Shown here: positions 1 through 10,720 of the stretch, one piece after another
Position numbering within the stretch: position 1 is the stretch's first letter
Layout: each line of letters starts with the position of its first letter
From: Azolla caroliniana
Lineage: Eukaryota > Plantae > Polypodiophyta
Direction: 5' to 3'
Length of the DNA: 23,076 bases
Assembly: GCA_043228905.1 (NCBI GenBank)
Contig: JBHGNT010000490.1
Span: forward strand, 1-23,076
Notes under the pieces: model-generated
The model's database searches: none
What the model saw: only the letters and a program-made list of their open reading frames with translations
Told to the model about the DNA's origin: nothing
Position numbers and translations under genes: made by a program

Positions 1-1833
1 AAGTGTGTATGTGTGGAGCATTACTTGGAAACATCCGTTTACTCTCTTGATAATTAATATTCGTAATTCAATGTTTCCATTATTTGGTTTTGTATAATTC
101 TATTGCGGCATCTTTCAACTCTCTATGTTTTTGTGTAGAGCAAACAATTTTAATCTTTATAGAATAAATGAGCCCGTGGCTAACACATTATAACAAGTGG
201 TTGAGATAAATAGCATTCTAAATACGATTGTTCTTGCGATGTAATTTCCTTGAAAATATGGACTTTTGCATCAAATGAGGTCATGTTTTTTCATGTGTTT
301 TAATAATAATGGAAATTTTGTCATTCACATGATGGCTAAGTAGTAAAACGTGGGCTTTAAAACTTTCTAGTTCTAGTTCAAATTCCCCTTCAAAATATCA
401 TGGTCTTGGGTATGCATGCCAATGTTCAAATGGGTAGTTCAAGTAGTCGAAGACGAAACTTTTCGCTAGCATAACACACTGTGATGACCCAATAGAAGGA
501 AATTCTTTATATGATCTTTTGCAAATATCCTCCAAGTCAACATTGTTTATAACAAACACAACAAAGGTGAAGTTTGTTGTTGTATGACAAATTCCAGAAT
601 CTATTATCTAATTTACAAAATAAAGGTGAAGATCCTCGTATGATCAATTCCCTAATCTAAATGATCCCCATATGTGTGGTTTATTTCTCTCTCTCTAACT
701 TTACCTATATATTAAAAATACTATTGGACACCTTTCAATCATTGTTGACACCATATACTCACCATATTTTTTTTTCCATGTCACTATGTTTTCATTGTCT
801 TATGATTATATACAAATACTATGTGATGGTAATTGACAAGTTTAATATCATTGTCATGGAAAAAGGGATTGCACATACATTTAACACAGAATTGTCATGT
901 CTACATTTAACAAGACATGATATTATGTTCAATATTTCATTAAAAACTCGAAATGATATCCACTTCACACTCTTTCTTGTTCACCTTTCCCTTTTTACAC
1001 TACACCACATCATATTTTGTTCTCACACCTTCTACCAACCTTAGTTGTTCTTTTTTGCGGGTCTTTGGCATGCACAACTTTCATGCTACAATGAGAATAA
1101 AATTGGCATGCATTCACACAATAAAGTTGTCTTGGGATAGTAATTCCCTATTGAATATAAATTCCTTTCCTTAAATTAGATTAGACCCCATAACTTTCCA
1201 ATGTAAACTTTACGTTAGCATTTTCATTTTTGGAAGGCAACAGACATGTCCATACTCTCAACATCTTCCCATTACTCATGTATCTATGTTTCATATCATG
1301 GGTTCAATTACCTTGATGCTTGGGGATTGTCATGGTTTAATGCATGTACATTAAAATTATCTCCTTGGCCCTCTCACCATATAATCGAGAGCTCATTGAC
1401 CCAATCATTGCCATAGTGAACTAAGCACTTATGTACTTCACTTCTGCTTTAGCAACATTATGACAAACAAGATCCCCAAGAATCACAAACATTGTTCTCA
1501 TTCTCCATTCATAGAGGCTATTGTGGAATGGGGTGATCGACTGATTCATAATATCTATTACAACCTATGGCTCAGCTCATCGTTCTCTCACGCTCTACTG
1601 CGAGGACTAGTACAATGGAATGCCTTTTATAACACACAATATCTCTTCACCTCTCAATGTACTAGTATGTGAAGTAGTTTTAAACACAAGAGGCTTTCAT
1701 TTCCTTTGGTTGTTTTCACGTGCTTAAAACAAAAAATAGTGTCTGGAGAGTAGAGCCCTTCATGGGTTTTCTAGATGTTTAATGGCCATAGTAGTAGCGT
1801 TTACAAAATACCATATTCCTGTGCCAATGAGGA

Positions 1834-1880
1834 ATATATATATATATATATATATATATGGAGAGAGAGAGAGAGAGAGA
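1834..1880. repeat. Compound microsatellite (AT)13 followed by (GA)10
   Basis: Read directly from sequence. Confidence 0.95.
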
Positions 1881-2547
1881 CAATTGTATGTGAAGCAAAT
1901 TACCATATCTACATGCTCTGGTGGCTCAAATACAACCATAGTCCTACGGCATATCCCCAACACGATGAGAAGAGATAATGACACCTTTTGATAAACCATT
2001 TCCCTTCAAATGGCACTCACTCCCTACAATAGCCATAAAACTTCCTCCACTATGAAAGGTCAAAGCAGATGAATGCTCCTAATCAAAATCCTATAAAAAG
2101 TAAAAAATGCCAGAAATTATGCCAATGTGTACATTGAAGTAACTAAATTCCATGTAGCGATAGCAGTTGATTTTCAACGATCATTCTCAATCATCCGGGG
2201 AAAGCACCCATAGCAAACTTAGTGAAACAACATTATCCCCAGCCTCAATAACCATATAAACTTCTTAGAGAGGAAAATATTAACTTAGCTCTTATGTTCT
2301 ATAGCATCAACACTCTGAGAGAGAAAATTAATCATTTGCTGAATATTGCAATTCACATCATTCAAAAAGAAAAGAAAAAGGCTCCGATTGAAAATAACAA
2401 GGTTTGACATTGATATGGAAGGGGGAGAAAAGAGAATTACTTTTAACATTGCTCTCATAAATTCATTCCTTGTGAAGGTTGTAACTGCAATACCTGCTGT
2501 TGTTTCAAATCAATTAATCAAGGGAACTCTGTTTTCAAACAACAAAA

Positions 2548-2688
2548 CTCATGAACATGAAAAAGCATGTAAAAAGGAAGACAGATCATATTGATAATGA
2601 TATCATATTTATAACACATCTCATGAACATGAAAAAACATGTGGGAAAGGCATATTTGTAACAACATATTTCGTGAACACGAAATAAA
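2548..2688. repeat. Three imperfect repeats with core TCATGAACATGAAAAA in the probable RIN4 3' UTR
   Basis: ctcatgaacatgaaaaagcatgt (2548), ctcatgaacatgaaaaaacatgt (2620) and ttcgtgaacacgaaataaa (~2670). The last two share an upstream catattt(a/g)taac. Confidence 0.7.
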
Positions 2689-2716
2689 TAAGTGAAAAAA
2701 TGGTAGATGGATCCTG

Positions 2717-2761
2717 TCATTGCTGAGTGGGATCAATGCAACAAAAGGTGTTAAACCATCC
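2717..2761 (-). CDS. RIN4: RIN4-like exon 4 (C-terminal Cys membrane-anchor motif)
   Basis: Acceptor ttttgTAG|GGA at 2762. Encodes GWFNTFCCIDPTQQ then TGA, matching the W-F..CC tail of NOI proteins. Confidence 0.88.
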   Translation of the reverse strand, partial: GWFNTFCCIDPTQQ

Positions 2762-5231
2762 CTACAAAATCCAAAGAAGAATCCATCAGTTTCATGTGTC
2801 TCTTGATACAATCAACGACAGCAAAAATACGCCGAGTTAGAGTATGAATTTAGGTGAGACGCTCAGCAAAAAAAAAGGTCTGGATGTTATGTCGCTAGTG
2901 GCAATATCTCAATTTCTTCCGACTTCTTATATTAAATCTAAGAGAGAAGAATTAACTGATTTCTTCCGAGTTTTATATAAAATCTGAGGGAAAAGAATTA
3001 TCTATAGCTTCTTTATAGTAACACAATGTCATTTCGATCAAAACAAATATGATTTGGTATTTTACCATTTCTTACCTTTCCTTTTTTCTTCACGTTGGGA
3101 GATCTTCGGTTTTGGTATAAATCTTCGTCTCCTTGTCCTCGTAAAGGAGAGACAGGTTTTGATGTGCTTTCTGGTGTGAATTGTGACTTCTTCTCGTCAC
3201 GTGCTCGGTTAAAAATCACTGTAAAACCTTCCCCAGATGTTGCATTAGAAGCATCCCAATCACCAAATTTCGGCAAAACAGAACCTTTCTCAGGCTGGAA
3301 AGGAACCTTTTTTACAAAATAAAGAAGGAATAAAATGAGCTATTAGAATCTGTTCTTTTGATTTGTTTTCACTCAATTTTTTTGTATAAGTAAATCTTCT
3401 CTACCGGATCACTAGCTCTTCCTGATCCTTCATGGCTTCGTTGCGATCTAGAGATCGTTGCAGATGATGGAATCCCATCAACAAAATGCTGTCTTCCAGT
3501 TCCAAATAAAATCGCTGGTTTTGTATGTTGTATCCCTCTTGTTCTAGGCTGTTGTTGATCCAAAGACGAGATCGGTATATTATTATTGTAAGTAGACCCA
3601 TTACCCAACGAGGGCCAGTGATTTCCATGAATGTTATTGATTCTATGATGATCTCCTAATATTTTTTTTCCACCAGATGGCATATCAACCGCATTATATC
3701 CATGTTCTGTAGTAGTTCGAGTCTTATTATGTGATGATGCTTGATGTAGTACTCTTGCAGCTGTTGGGTCAGGAACATCAACTTTATGTTGTTGATGTGT
3801 TGAAGCATCTTTGTGATCTTCTTTGTACGTAGGAAAAAACCTCTCTTTATCAGCTCGGGCTTTATCGAAAACAATGCTGTAGTCACCATTTTCATCCCAG
3901 TTCCCGAACTTTGGGACTGTGACATCTGGCCACTGCTATGTGACAAAGGAAGAAGGAAAAACAAATCAAAAAATTTGGCATGTCACTCTCACAGAAACAA
4001 GCACTTTCAAGTTATATGTACTGCCACTAACTATATATGTATGCAACCAGAAGTGATCTAAATGCAAGAACACATACAGGACATAATCCAGGGCCATACT
4101 CAATGAGAAAAGAAAATAAGTAAAACGTTAGTTAGGCAATGGGTCTTGCCTTTATGTGATGTGTCACAAGATTCCATGCTGACAACACACTACCTTGGGA
4201 AAAGATTGCAAATGATACAAATGGAATGTCCAAGAAAAGCTCTTTCGTATGGCATATTTCCAAGTTCACAAAAAAGATGATGATGAAATGTGAGGGAAAA
4301 ACTAGTCAAAAGCCATGTTATCACAAACTTATATTCTTCAGATGGTGGTACCAAAATTTCTTCCCTTGTGCAAACACCATTGAAACAACGGCACAGACAA
4401 ATTGCTAGGGATGCATGCCCCGAATGGTCGATATAGTAGTACATCCATTATGTTTGTCGAGAGCTACATATGACAGAGAAACCTATGGATGGATACTCTT
4501 ATCTTCATCACGAATTACTTTCCATCAAATTGGCTCATTTTCACATCTCGCACCACACAACAATACCGGACTTCGAACACGTCCTAAAAGAGAGTCGAAT
4601 GATTGACATTGTTCTTTTAAGACTCATATTTAGCCTTGTTAAAAGCATTGCCAAGAGTTCGTGAGCCTGTTCTTCAACTCACTAAAAAAACCCATAGATA
4701 TTTATAAGTCCACATGCTCCCAAAAAGCTCCGAATTTAGTGAATGATTATAATGGCCTCCTATTACATACTGATCACAACAGACCATTGTCACCACAAAA
4801 AAGATTGATTTTCCACTTGAAAATGCTCTGTCCAAAACGATGCAATGACATCTTGTTCCTTCTTAAGCAGCTCATGATTCTGATGGTTCCTGATTCACAC
4901 ACTCTTTGATCATATACAACCAGAATCCGACACAAAACAAAGTACTCAAGCGTCTTCATTACTACTTTGCGATAGTCTGTGTCACTCACTCTTTGATCAC
5001 AATACTTCCAAAAACTGACACAAAGATAGCGTTCTTGCATGCCTTCTTGTACATGTGAAAGTCGCTTAGATTGTCTTAAATTAAATCCAAAGAAACGAGG
5101 GTGAGCATATCGTATAAAACATACAGAAATTAAGATTAGAGTAGAGCAGAAACAGGGCTACAAAAAGAAAGCAACACTAAGGGGTCAAAATGCTAATTTT
5201 CTAAGGCCATCAAACTAAAACTCACCGGCAT
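2717..5231 (-). CDS. RIN4: RIN4/NOI-family protein (RPM1-interacting protein 4-like), 4 coding exons: join(5226-5231, 3405-3935, 3076-3294, 2717-2761), ~266 aa
   Basis: Manual splicing with all phase-0 GT-AG introns gives MP(Q)WPDVTVPKFGNWDENGDYSIVFDKARADKE...GRASDP|PEKGSVLPKFGDWDASNATSGEGFTVIFNRARDEKK...NVKKKGK|GWFNTFCCIDPTQQ*. It has two NOI domains (PxFGxW + F/Y-S/T-xxF-xxAR), a C-terminal Cys acylation motif, and the 2-codon first exon and short last exon typical of RIN4 genes. Confidence 0.92.
2912..3000. repeat. ~47-bp-period tandem duplication in RIN4 intron 3
   Basis: atttcttccgacttcttatattaaatctaagagagaagaatta versus atttcttccgagttttatataaaatctgagggaaaagaatta. Confidence 0.75.
3076..3294 (-). 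CDS. RIN4: RIN4-like exon 3 (C-NOI domain)
   Basis: Acceptor ttcCAG|CCT at 3295. Encodes PEKGSVLPKFGDWD...GFTVIFNRARDEKK. Donor AAG|GTAAG at 3075. Confidence 0.93.
3405..3935 (-). CDS. RIN4: RIN4-like exon 2 (N-NOI domain plus disordered linker)
   Basis: Acceptor ...cacaTAG|CAG|TGG after a pyrimidine tract. Open frame contains VPKFGNWD...YSIVFDKAR and continues into ORF 3369-3683. Donor CCG|GTAGAG at 3404. Confidence 0.9.
5226..5231 (-). CDS. RIN4: RIN4-like exon 1 (Met-Pro micro-exon)
   Basis: Minus strand reads gccATGCCG|GTGAG: good start context and a strong donor, in phase with exon 2. RIN4 genes typically start with a 2-codon exon. Confidence 0.8.
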
Positions 5232-5336
5232 GGCTGGCTTGCGCTGTTACTGAAAACGGAGGTTGTGATGAAGGAGAGAGAAGATGATCGGCAATGGATG
5301 ATTGATTAGCAAATCGATGATAATGATGCTGATTGA

Positions 5337-5405
5337 CGAAGGATGAAGGATGAAGATAATGAAAGGATGAAGGATGATGGATGATGGATGATGGATGATG
5401 GATGA
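5337..5405. repeat. Imperfect (GGATGAT/GGATGAA)n repeat upstream of the RIN4 ATG
   Basis: Read directly from sequence. Confidence 0.8.
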
Positions 5406-5510
5406 GAGACGAAGTGGTGGTGGCGATGAAGGATGGAACTTAAGGCGATTTGTGATGAGGAGGTTTGTAGTAGGGCGGGATGAATAATACAGAGGAGGTG
5501 GGGAGGGTAG

Positions 5511-5538
5511 GCATAGCCATAGCCATAGCCATAGCCAT
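5511..5538. repeat. (GCCATA)n hexamer repeat, which reads (ATGGCT)n on the minus strand
   Basis: gcatagccatagccatagccatagccat. Confidence 0.9.
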
Positions 5539-5650
5539 ATCTCTCTCACGTCTTCTACTACTTCACAGAGGCGACCCACTTCACTGGAATGAAGATGAAG
5601 AAGAAGAGCAAAACCAGAAAAGAGCAGGAGGAGCAAGCAGAGAGGGAGGT

Positions 5651-5662
5651 CCGCACGTGCGG
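5651..5662. promoter_or_regulatory. G-box (CACGTG) inside a 12-bp perfect palindrome CCGCACGTGCGG, upstream of RIN4
   Basis: Sequence match ~420 bp upstream of the ATG, next to a pyrimidine-rich (Y-patch-like) minus-strand tract at 5590-5645. Function is inferred only. Confidence 0.45.
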
Positions 5663-5838
5663 GGGGGGGGGGCTTTGAAGTATGTATGTACATACATACA
5701 TACATACATACATACCAATAACAAACAGGGCAGGGCAGAAACCACCTTCCAAAAAAAACAACCTTTTGTGTCTTTTTGGGTAGGGGAGTATAGAAAACCG
5801 CTTGAAATGAAAACCACCCAAATTTATTTATTTGTTTG

Positions 5839-5853
5839 TTTTTTTTTTTTTTT

Positions 5854-5884
<31 letters not shown>

Positions 5885-5887
5885 GGG
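5839..5887. repeat. Abutting homopolymers T25-G24 (also G12 at 5661-5672 and (TACA)n at ~5689-5714)
   Basis: Read directly; homopolymer lengths may be assembly-dependent. Confidence 0.9.
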
Positions 5888-7210
5888 TGTGTGTTAAATG
5901 GCTTGTCTTTTCTCTCTTGTGAACACCCACCCACCCATACATACAATGGCCATTGGCCAATACACATACATGCATACATGCATACATAATAAATATATAC
6001 ATACATACGCACTTAGAGTTATCACCCCTTCCTTCTCTTTACCTTTTTAAGGCCTTCTTTCATGGGAACCACACTAGAGTGCCATTCATTTACACACACC
6101 TGTTGTTGTGGCCGTTGTTTTTATCTCCCTGGTCCATATATGTACAAGTGTCCCCGATGGCTGGTAGTGGTGGCAGGTTGTGCGGTGTGGTGAGGTGCTC
6201 ATGTTTGTCTCTTGAATCCTCAACCTCATCTATTACACTCGTTGTTGAACTCTGTTCCTTCTCTTCACGTGTTGCTTCTTCCTCTTCTTCTTGTCGTCAT
6301 TTTTTTGCTCCTATGTACATCAATTTGGTCATTTGGCCCATGTGTTGTAAGTTTATGTTGGGTTGCACTTTGTTTTGTATCACATTAAGTCGCACCAACA
6401 AACATTTTGTAGGTTTCGGGCAACCTAGGGACCATCATATGTTGTGAAATGCGTCTTCTTTTACCCTTAGCAATTCTTTCGTTGGATTAGTTCGTTGACC
6501 AAAGACCATAATTACACGTTTGTAGACGTGTTGTTGTCGTTGTCATGATGTTGGTTGCTATTGGGAACTACACATACTTCATTCCTTTTTTTTCATGTCC
6601 AAAGTATATTCACGAGGGAATTCTACTATTTTCTAAAGAAGATTAGTTTGAAAAGCTATTTGCTCTTTTTACCACCACCACTTATTTTGCTAGATTAGTT
6701 AATGGCCAGTCATTTCCTTCACGTAGTTGTTGGTTGCAATTATGCTCTGTTTTTTTTTTATGAACAAGGCTAGTCTATTGTTTATTTGTGATGCCTCTTT
6801 GAACCTTTATTGTAAAACCTTACACTTCATAATTGAATTATGGTTCGGTAATTAAACTCATTTTGTGAAACTTGTTGGGTTTTTGTACTTACATAACATA
6901 ATTAGACAACTTTGTTGGGGAATACTGCTTATAAAACAAAAATATGTAAGCTTGTTTCAAAAATCATGCATATGATCAACATGTAATGTCTTGTTTGTTC
7001 TTGACTCAACCATCCCATTGTAACAAATGATTACTACGAGCAGTGAAGATAATTGAATGAAAGATGAGATCAATTCTTAAGAATATGGCACCGTAGATGT
7101 GCAAGATAGACATCTTGAATAAAGGAAATAGCTTTGAATATGTACATTTCTTGGCATTAACATTTAACAAATAATGACGAATAAATGAACACATGAAAAG
7201 TGGTGTGAGA

Positions 7211-7245
7211 GATGATGATGATGATGATGAGAGAGAGAGAGAGAG
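7211..7245. repeat. Compound microsatellite (GAT)6 followed by (GA)n
   Basis: Read directly from sequence. Confidence 0.9.
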
Positions 7246-7833
7246 GTGGCAAATAATGTAATGTGGTTAACATTCCCATTTACAAATTTGCACAAAGGTA
7301 TTAATATGGAGAATCATGATTGGTGGGCTCCCATTAGGTTGAGACACAAGCAAACAAGGAATGGGGTCAAATGCATACTCCTTTTGCACCATTCCATTGG
7401 AAGACATGTCATACATATAGGTTCATTAAATGACCTACAACTCATAAATGTGGAGTATTTATCAAAGATTTAGCTAGTTTTATCCCGTTGTACGTGAGAC
7501 CTCAATAATGGGTTTTTCTTGAGTATGTCTAAAATGGTCAAAATGATGAGTTGGAGAGGCCTTGTTCCAATTCTTACAATATTGGGGGTTGTAGCACAAT
7601 TGAAATATGTGTAATGCTTTCATGTTGGATGATAGAAATGGGGTGAAAGCATATGTTAAGAAGTTGAAAGGCATTCTCATGTGCAAAGTTTGGATAAAGG
7701 AGCATGTGGTGATCATTTCCTCAAACGCATATTCATGTTTTCTAATGGCTTTACATGATGTCCCTCTACCCATAGAGGTAGAGCAAGCTAATAAGTTGTG
7801 TTTTTACTTCCAATTAATATAATTGTGTGCTCC

Positions 7834-7876
7834 TGCGTGCGCGCACGCGCACGTGTGTGTGTGTGAGAGAGAGAGA
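7834..7876. repeat. Alternating purine-pyrimidine tract (CG/CA/TG) followed by (GA)n
   Basis: tgcgtgcgcgcacgcgcacgtgtgtgtgtgtgagagagagaga. Confidence 0.85.
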
Positions 7877-10278
7877 ATTTAATAAGGGAAAGCCGAGGAT
7901 TTAATAAGAACAGTGTGACGCCAAGCTCCAACTCCCACCAAACTCTAGTTTTTACTTCTCAGTTTATTTGCTTAGAATGAACAAGTACGTTATGCCATAA
8001 AATGTGATGATACATACTCGACCTAGGGAAGTTGCTACTGTCACACACCATAGTAAAAAGAACCCCACATTTAATGCAAGCCCCACACTTTTTTTGAAGA
8101 AATAAGTACAAAAATATTTTGAATAGGTAAGCGCATCACAATATGGTTGATCGTGGGACAAGTTGCAACTCTAAACTTTATGATGTTAAGATGAGCTTAC
8201 CTGTATACATAAATGAATATCAACCCCATGAACATTGTAAACCGTTGGCACATTTAAAGGGAATATTTGCATGTGTGAGTTCCCCTTTTCCCCCTCGTAC
8301 AATATGGTGCACTATTGCTAGACTTCGAATACGGCCAAGATTTTAAGGATGTAACCAATTCTGATTATTTTAGCTTGAATAATTATCTAAACTCTCACTA
8401 TCAAAATCTATATTGACAACTGCAATCCCTTTTCATATGCATAAAGAGTTCCTCATGAACAATGGTATTCAACCCCTATTTTCGCCATTCAATTGATTTC
8501 TATGCTTATCTTGCATCAATTAAAGGAAAAATATTATAAGTACCCCTCCCTCGTACATGATATACCCTTAGTATTTTCCATAAGATCAAAACAGTGCATG
8601 TTGACATGAGTGTGACTAGGGGTAGTTTTGGCATTATGAGAAACCCCAAGAGTATAAAATGGATATTGCCTTGCTTATTTAATGTAATTGAGATTCTATA
8701 AACTAATAAAATGAGTTAAACTTGTTGTGATCAAATAATTTGCATATTTTAACGAGAATTTTATAAATGATTGTCAATTATTTATTGTGAATCGTGATGC
8801 ATTTGACTCCCAAAAAAGATGTAGTTGCATTCATTGGTTTGTATTTATTGATTTATTGTAATATGTAAGTTGTTTTCTAGTCCATATACTTGTTCTTATA
8901 TATTGTGTTCATCAAATCATCATGCAAAATGGAAATAAGTTGTAGCAAACCATGAAGGTTCGGTTCACCTCTGACTAGGATGTTCTCGTCTTGAATTACA
9001 GTTAGTTTCCAAACTAAGTTGGGACTAACCCATAATGACATGGGACATGGCAAATTGGGAGACCAATGAGCTCAACTATATGAAGGAGATCAGCTACCTC
9101 TTCAATACATTTCAAAGCCTATGTTGGTGAGTCAAAGCCCTTGTTTTTCGAACCGATAGTCTACTTGACTCCCAAGGTATAATATAAGTTCATACTCAAT
9201 GGAATGAGAGGTGGTAAGGCTTTGTTTTTGTCTCTTCCCATTTCTTTGGGAGCCTTAGTATGATTATGCAACCTTAATCCATTCTTTTCCTAATATTTTA
9301 TTTCATTTCTTATTATTAGTTTTGATCATAATAATACCTCACCATGCATGCTATATAGTTCAATTGACAACCATATATATTATATATTATTTATTTTCTT
9401 TAGTTTGATGCTTATTTCAATATAAAAAGCTGACAATGATATCCATTGATCCATGCCTAGGTTCCAAACCAAAGCTAGAGGACAAAGGTTGTGCCTCTTT
9501 CAAGTACAACAAAATGGGTCATACATCAACCACTTGTGTGAGCACCACTAAATGGGATATAGGTCAATTGCTCCATCATCTCTCCACAACCAACGAAAAT
9601 ACTTTTTTTAAGCAATGCCAAAGGGCCACGCAATCATGTCTAGCATTCATAGGTTAATAATGAAGGTACCTTTATATCAACATTGCCTTTTGATGAGAAA
9701 TGTTACCTTTTTCATTCCTAGTGCAATGGATAAGAACTGTAAAGCCATTTTAGGAGCAATTGGTCGCTTTCTTATAATGAGCACAACAATGAACCCATTG
9801 CTCAAGATTTGAGGCTCCAACTTATATGTGTTGAAAATTGAAATCCACAAGCTATTTGTGAGGATGTTGAAACTCTCGTATCTATTATATGATGTATAAG
9901 TTAATACATCCAAATTTTGGTTTAACATAGATGCCATAGTTTATGAATTGGCTATGTGCAAAGGCACCTTATTTTCAAGTCTAACAACTTGGTATATTAT
10001 TTTGAGTGTAGATGTACTAGAATAAATTGACATATATATAACTCAGAACTTATACACTCCAAGAGTTTATTACAATAACTAAAGACATATAATTAGAAAA
10101 TCTAATGCACATATATTAAAACCCATACACTACACAAAATGAACTACCATACACAACGTTTTGCCCATGATAAGCTAACATACACAACTTTTATCTCAAG
10201 TTTACAAAATGGAACACTTGACTTATTACTTCCATCATGCCAAAACTTGAGTTGATCTTGTAAGCAAACATTGAAATG

Positions 10279-10706
10279 TGTAAAGAATCGGGTATGATTC
10301 TTGTGTAGCGGAAGAGATGTGTGTTATGTGTAAGTGTGAGAGGAATTAGAGGAGAGAAGAGAGAACACAAGATAGATAGAAAAAGGAATACCCAAGAAGA
10401 AGCTGTATATTCACAAGTAGAATAGCAAATACAAAATGTAGCATTACAAGGAGTCACAACCGGCTTAGTATGAAGTATGATGAGGGTGTTTTATATACAT
10501 ATAGTCACCCTCTCTCTTCATTAACTAACTACAACCACCACTCTCTTGGGGAATGTGAAGACTCATAGTTATGGGGAATAGAATATGATTCTATGACACA
10601 TAGTTAATGTGTAGAGAGTAGTGGTGTGACTCTTGACCTTTGAGTAATCATAGATTCTCAAAAGGTGTGTTCACACGTTGCACTATGTTGAGCTTGATTC
10701 TCAACA
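10279..10706 (-). repeat. Copia 3' LTR (428 bp)
   Basis: tgtaaagaatcgg...ttctcaaca; adjacent to the PPT; minus-strand TATA (GTATATAAAA) near 10488-10498. Confidence 0.96.
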
Positions 10707-10720
10707 TGCCCCCTCAAGCT
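10707..10720 (-). other. Copia polypurine tract
   Basis: Minus strand AGCTTGAGGGGGCA directly abutting the TG of the 3' LTR. Confidence 0.9.

Noticed and set aside
661-2594. Assorted short ORFs in AT-rich sequence downstream of RIN4
   Set aside because: No domain motifs, composition typical of non-coding DNA, and no convincing splice structure.
4190-5060. Coding-like remnants in RIN4 intron 1 (faint PPR-like words such as FLGACG and LGNAF; short duplication at ~4896/4984)
   Set aside because: Many stops in all frames and no recognisable full motif; cannot be supported without a translated search.
5247-6012. Long ORFs 5247-6002 (-) and 5480-5989 (+)
   Set aside because: They are made of microsatellite and homopolymer translations (poly-P/K/F/G, YVCM repeats) overlapping the RIN4 leader and promoter; not credible proteins.
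8255-8640. Two similar CCCTCGTACA-containing segments and a GGGGTAGTTTTGGCATT motif suggestive of MULE/MITE ends
   Set aside because: No matching inverted terminus or TSD found.
9430-10270. Possible decayed DNA-transposase remnant around the copia insertion site (WVHCCAH on minus, ILGAIG on plus)
   Set aside because: Isolated short motifs on opposite strands amid stops; no TIRs or TSD identified.
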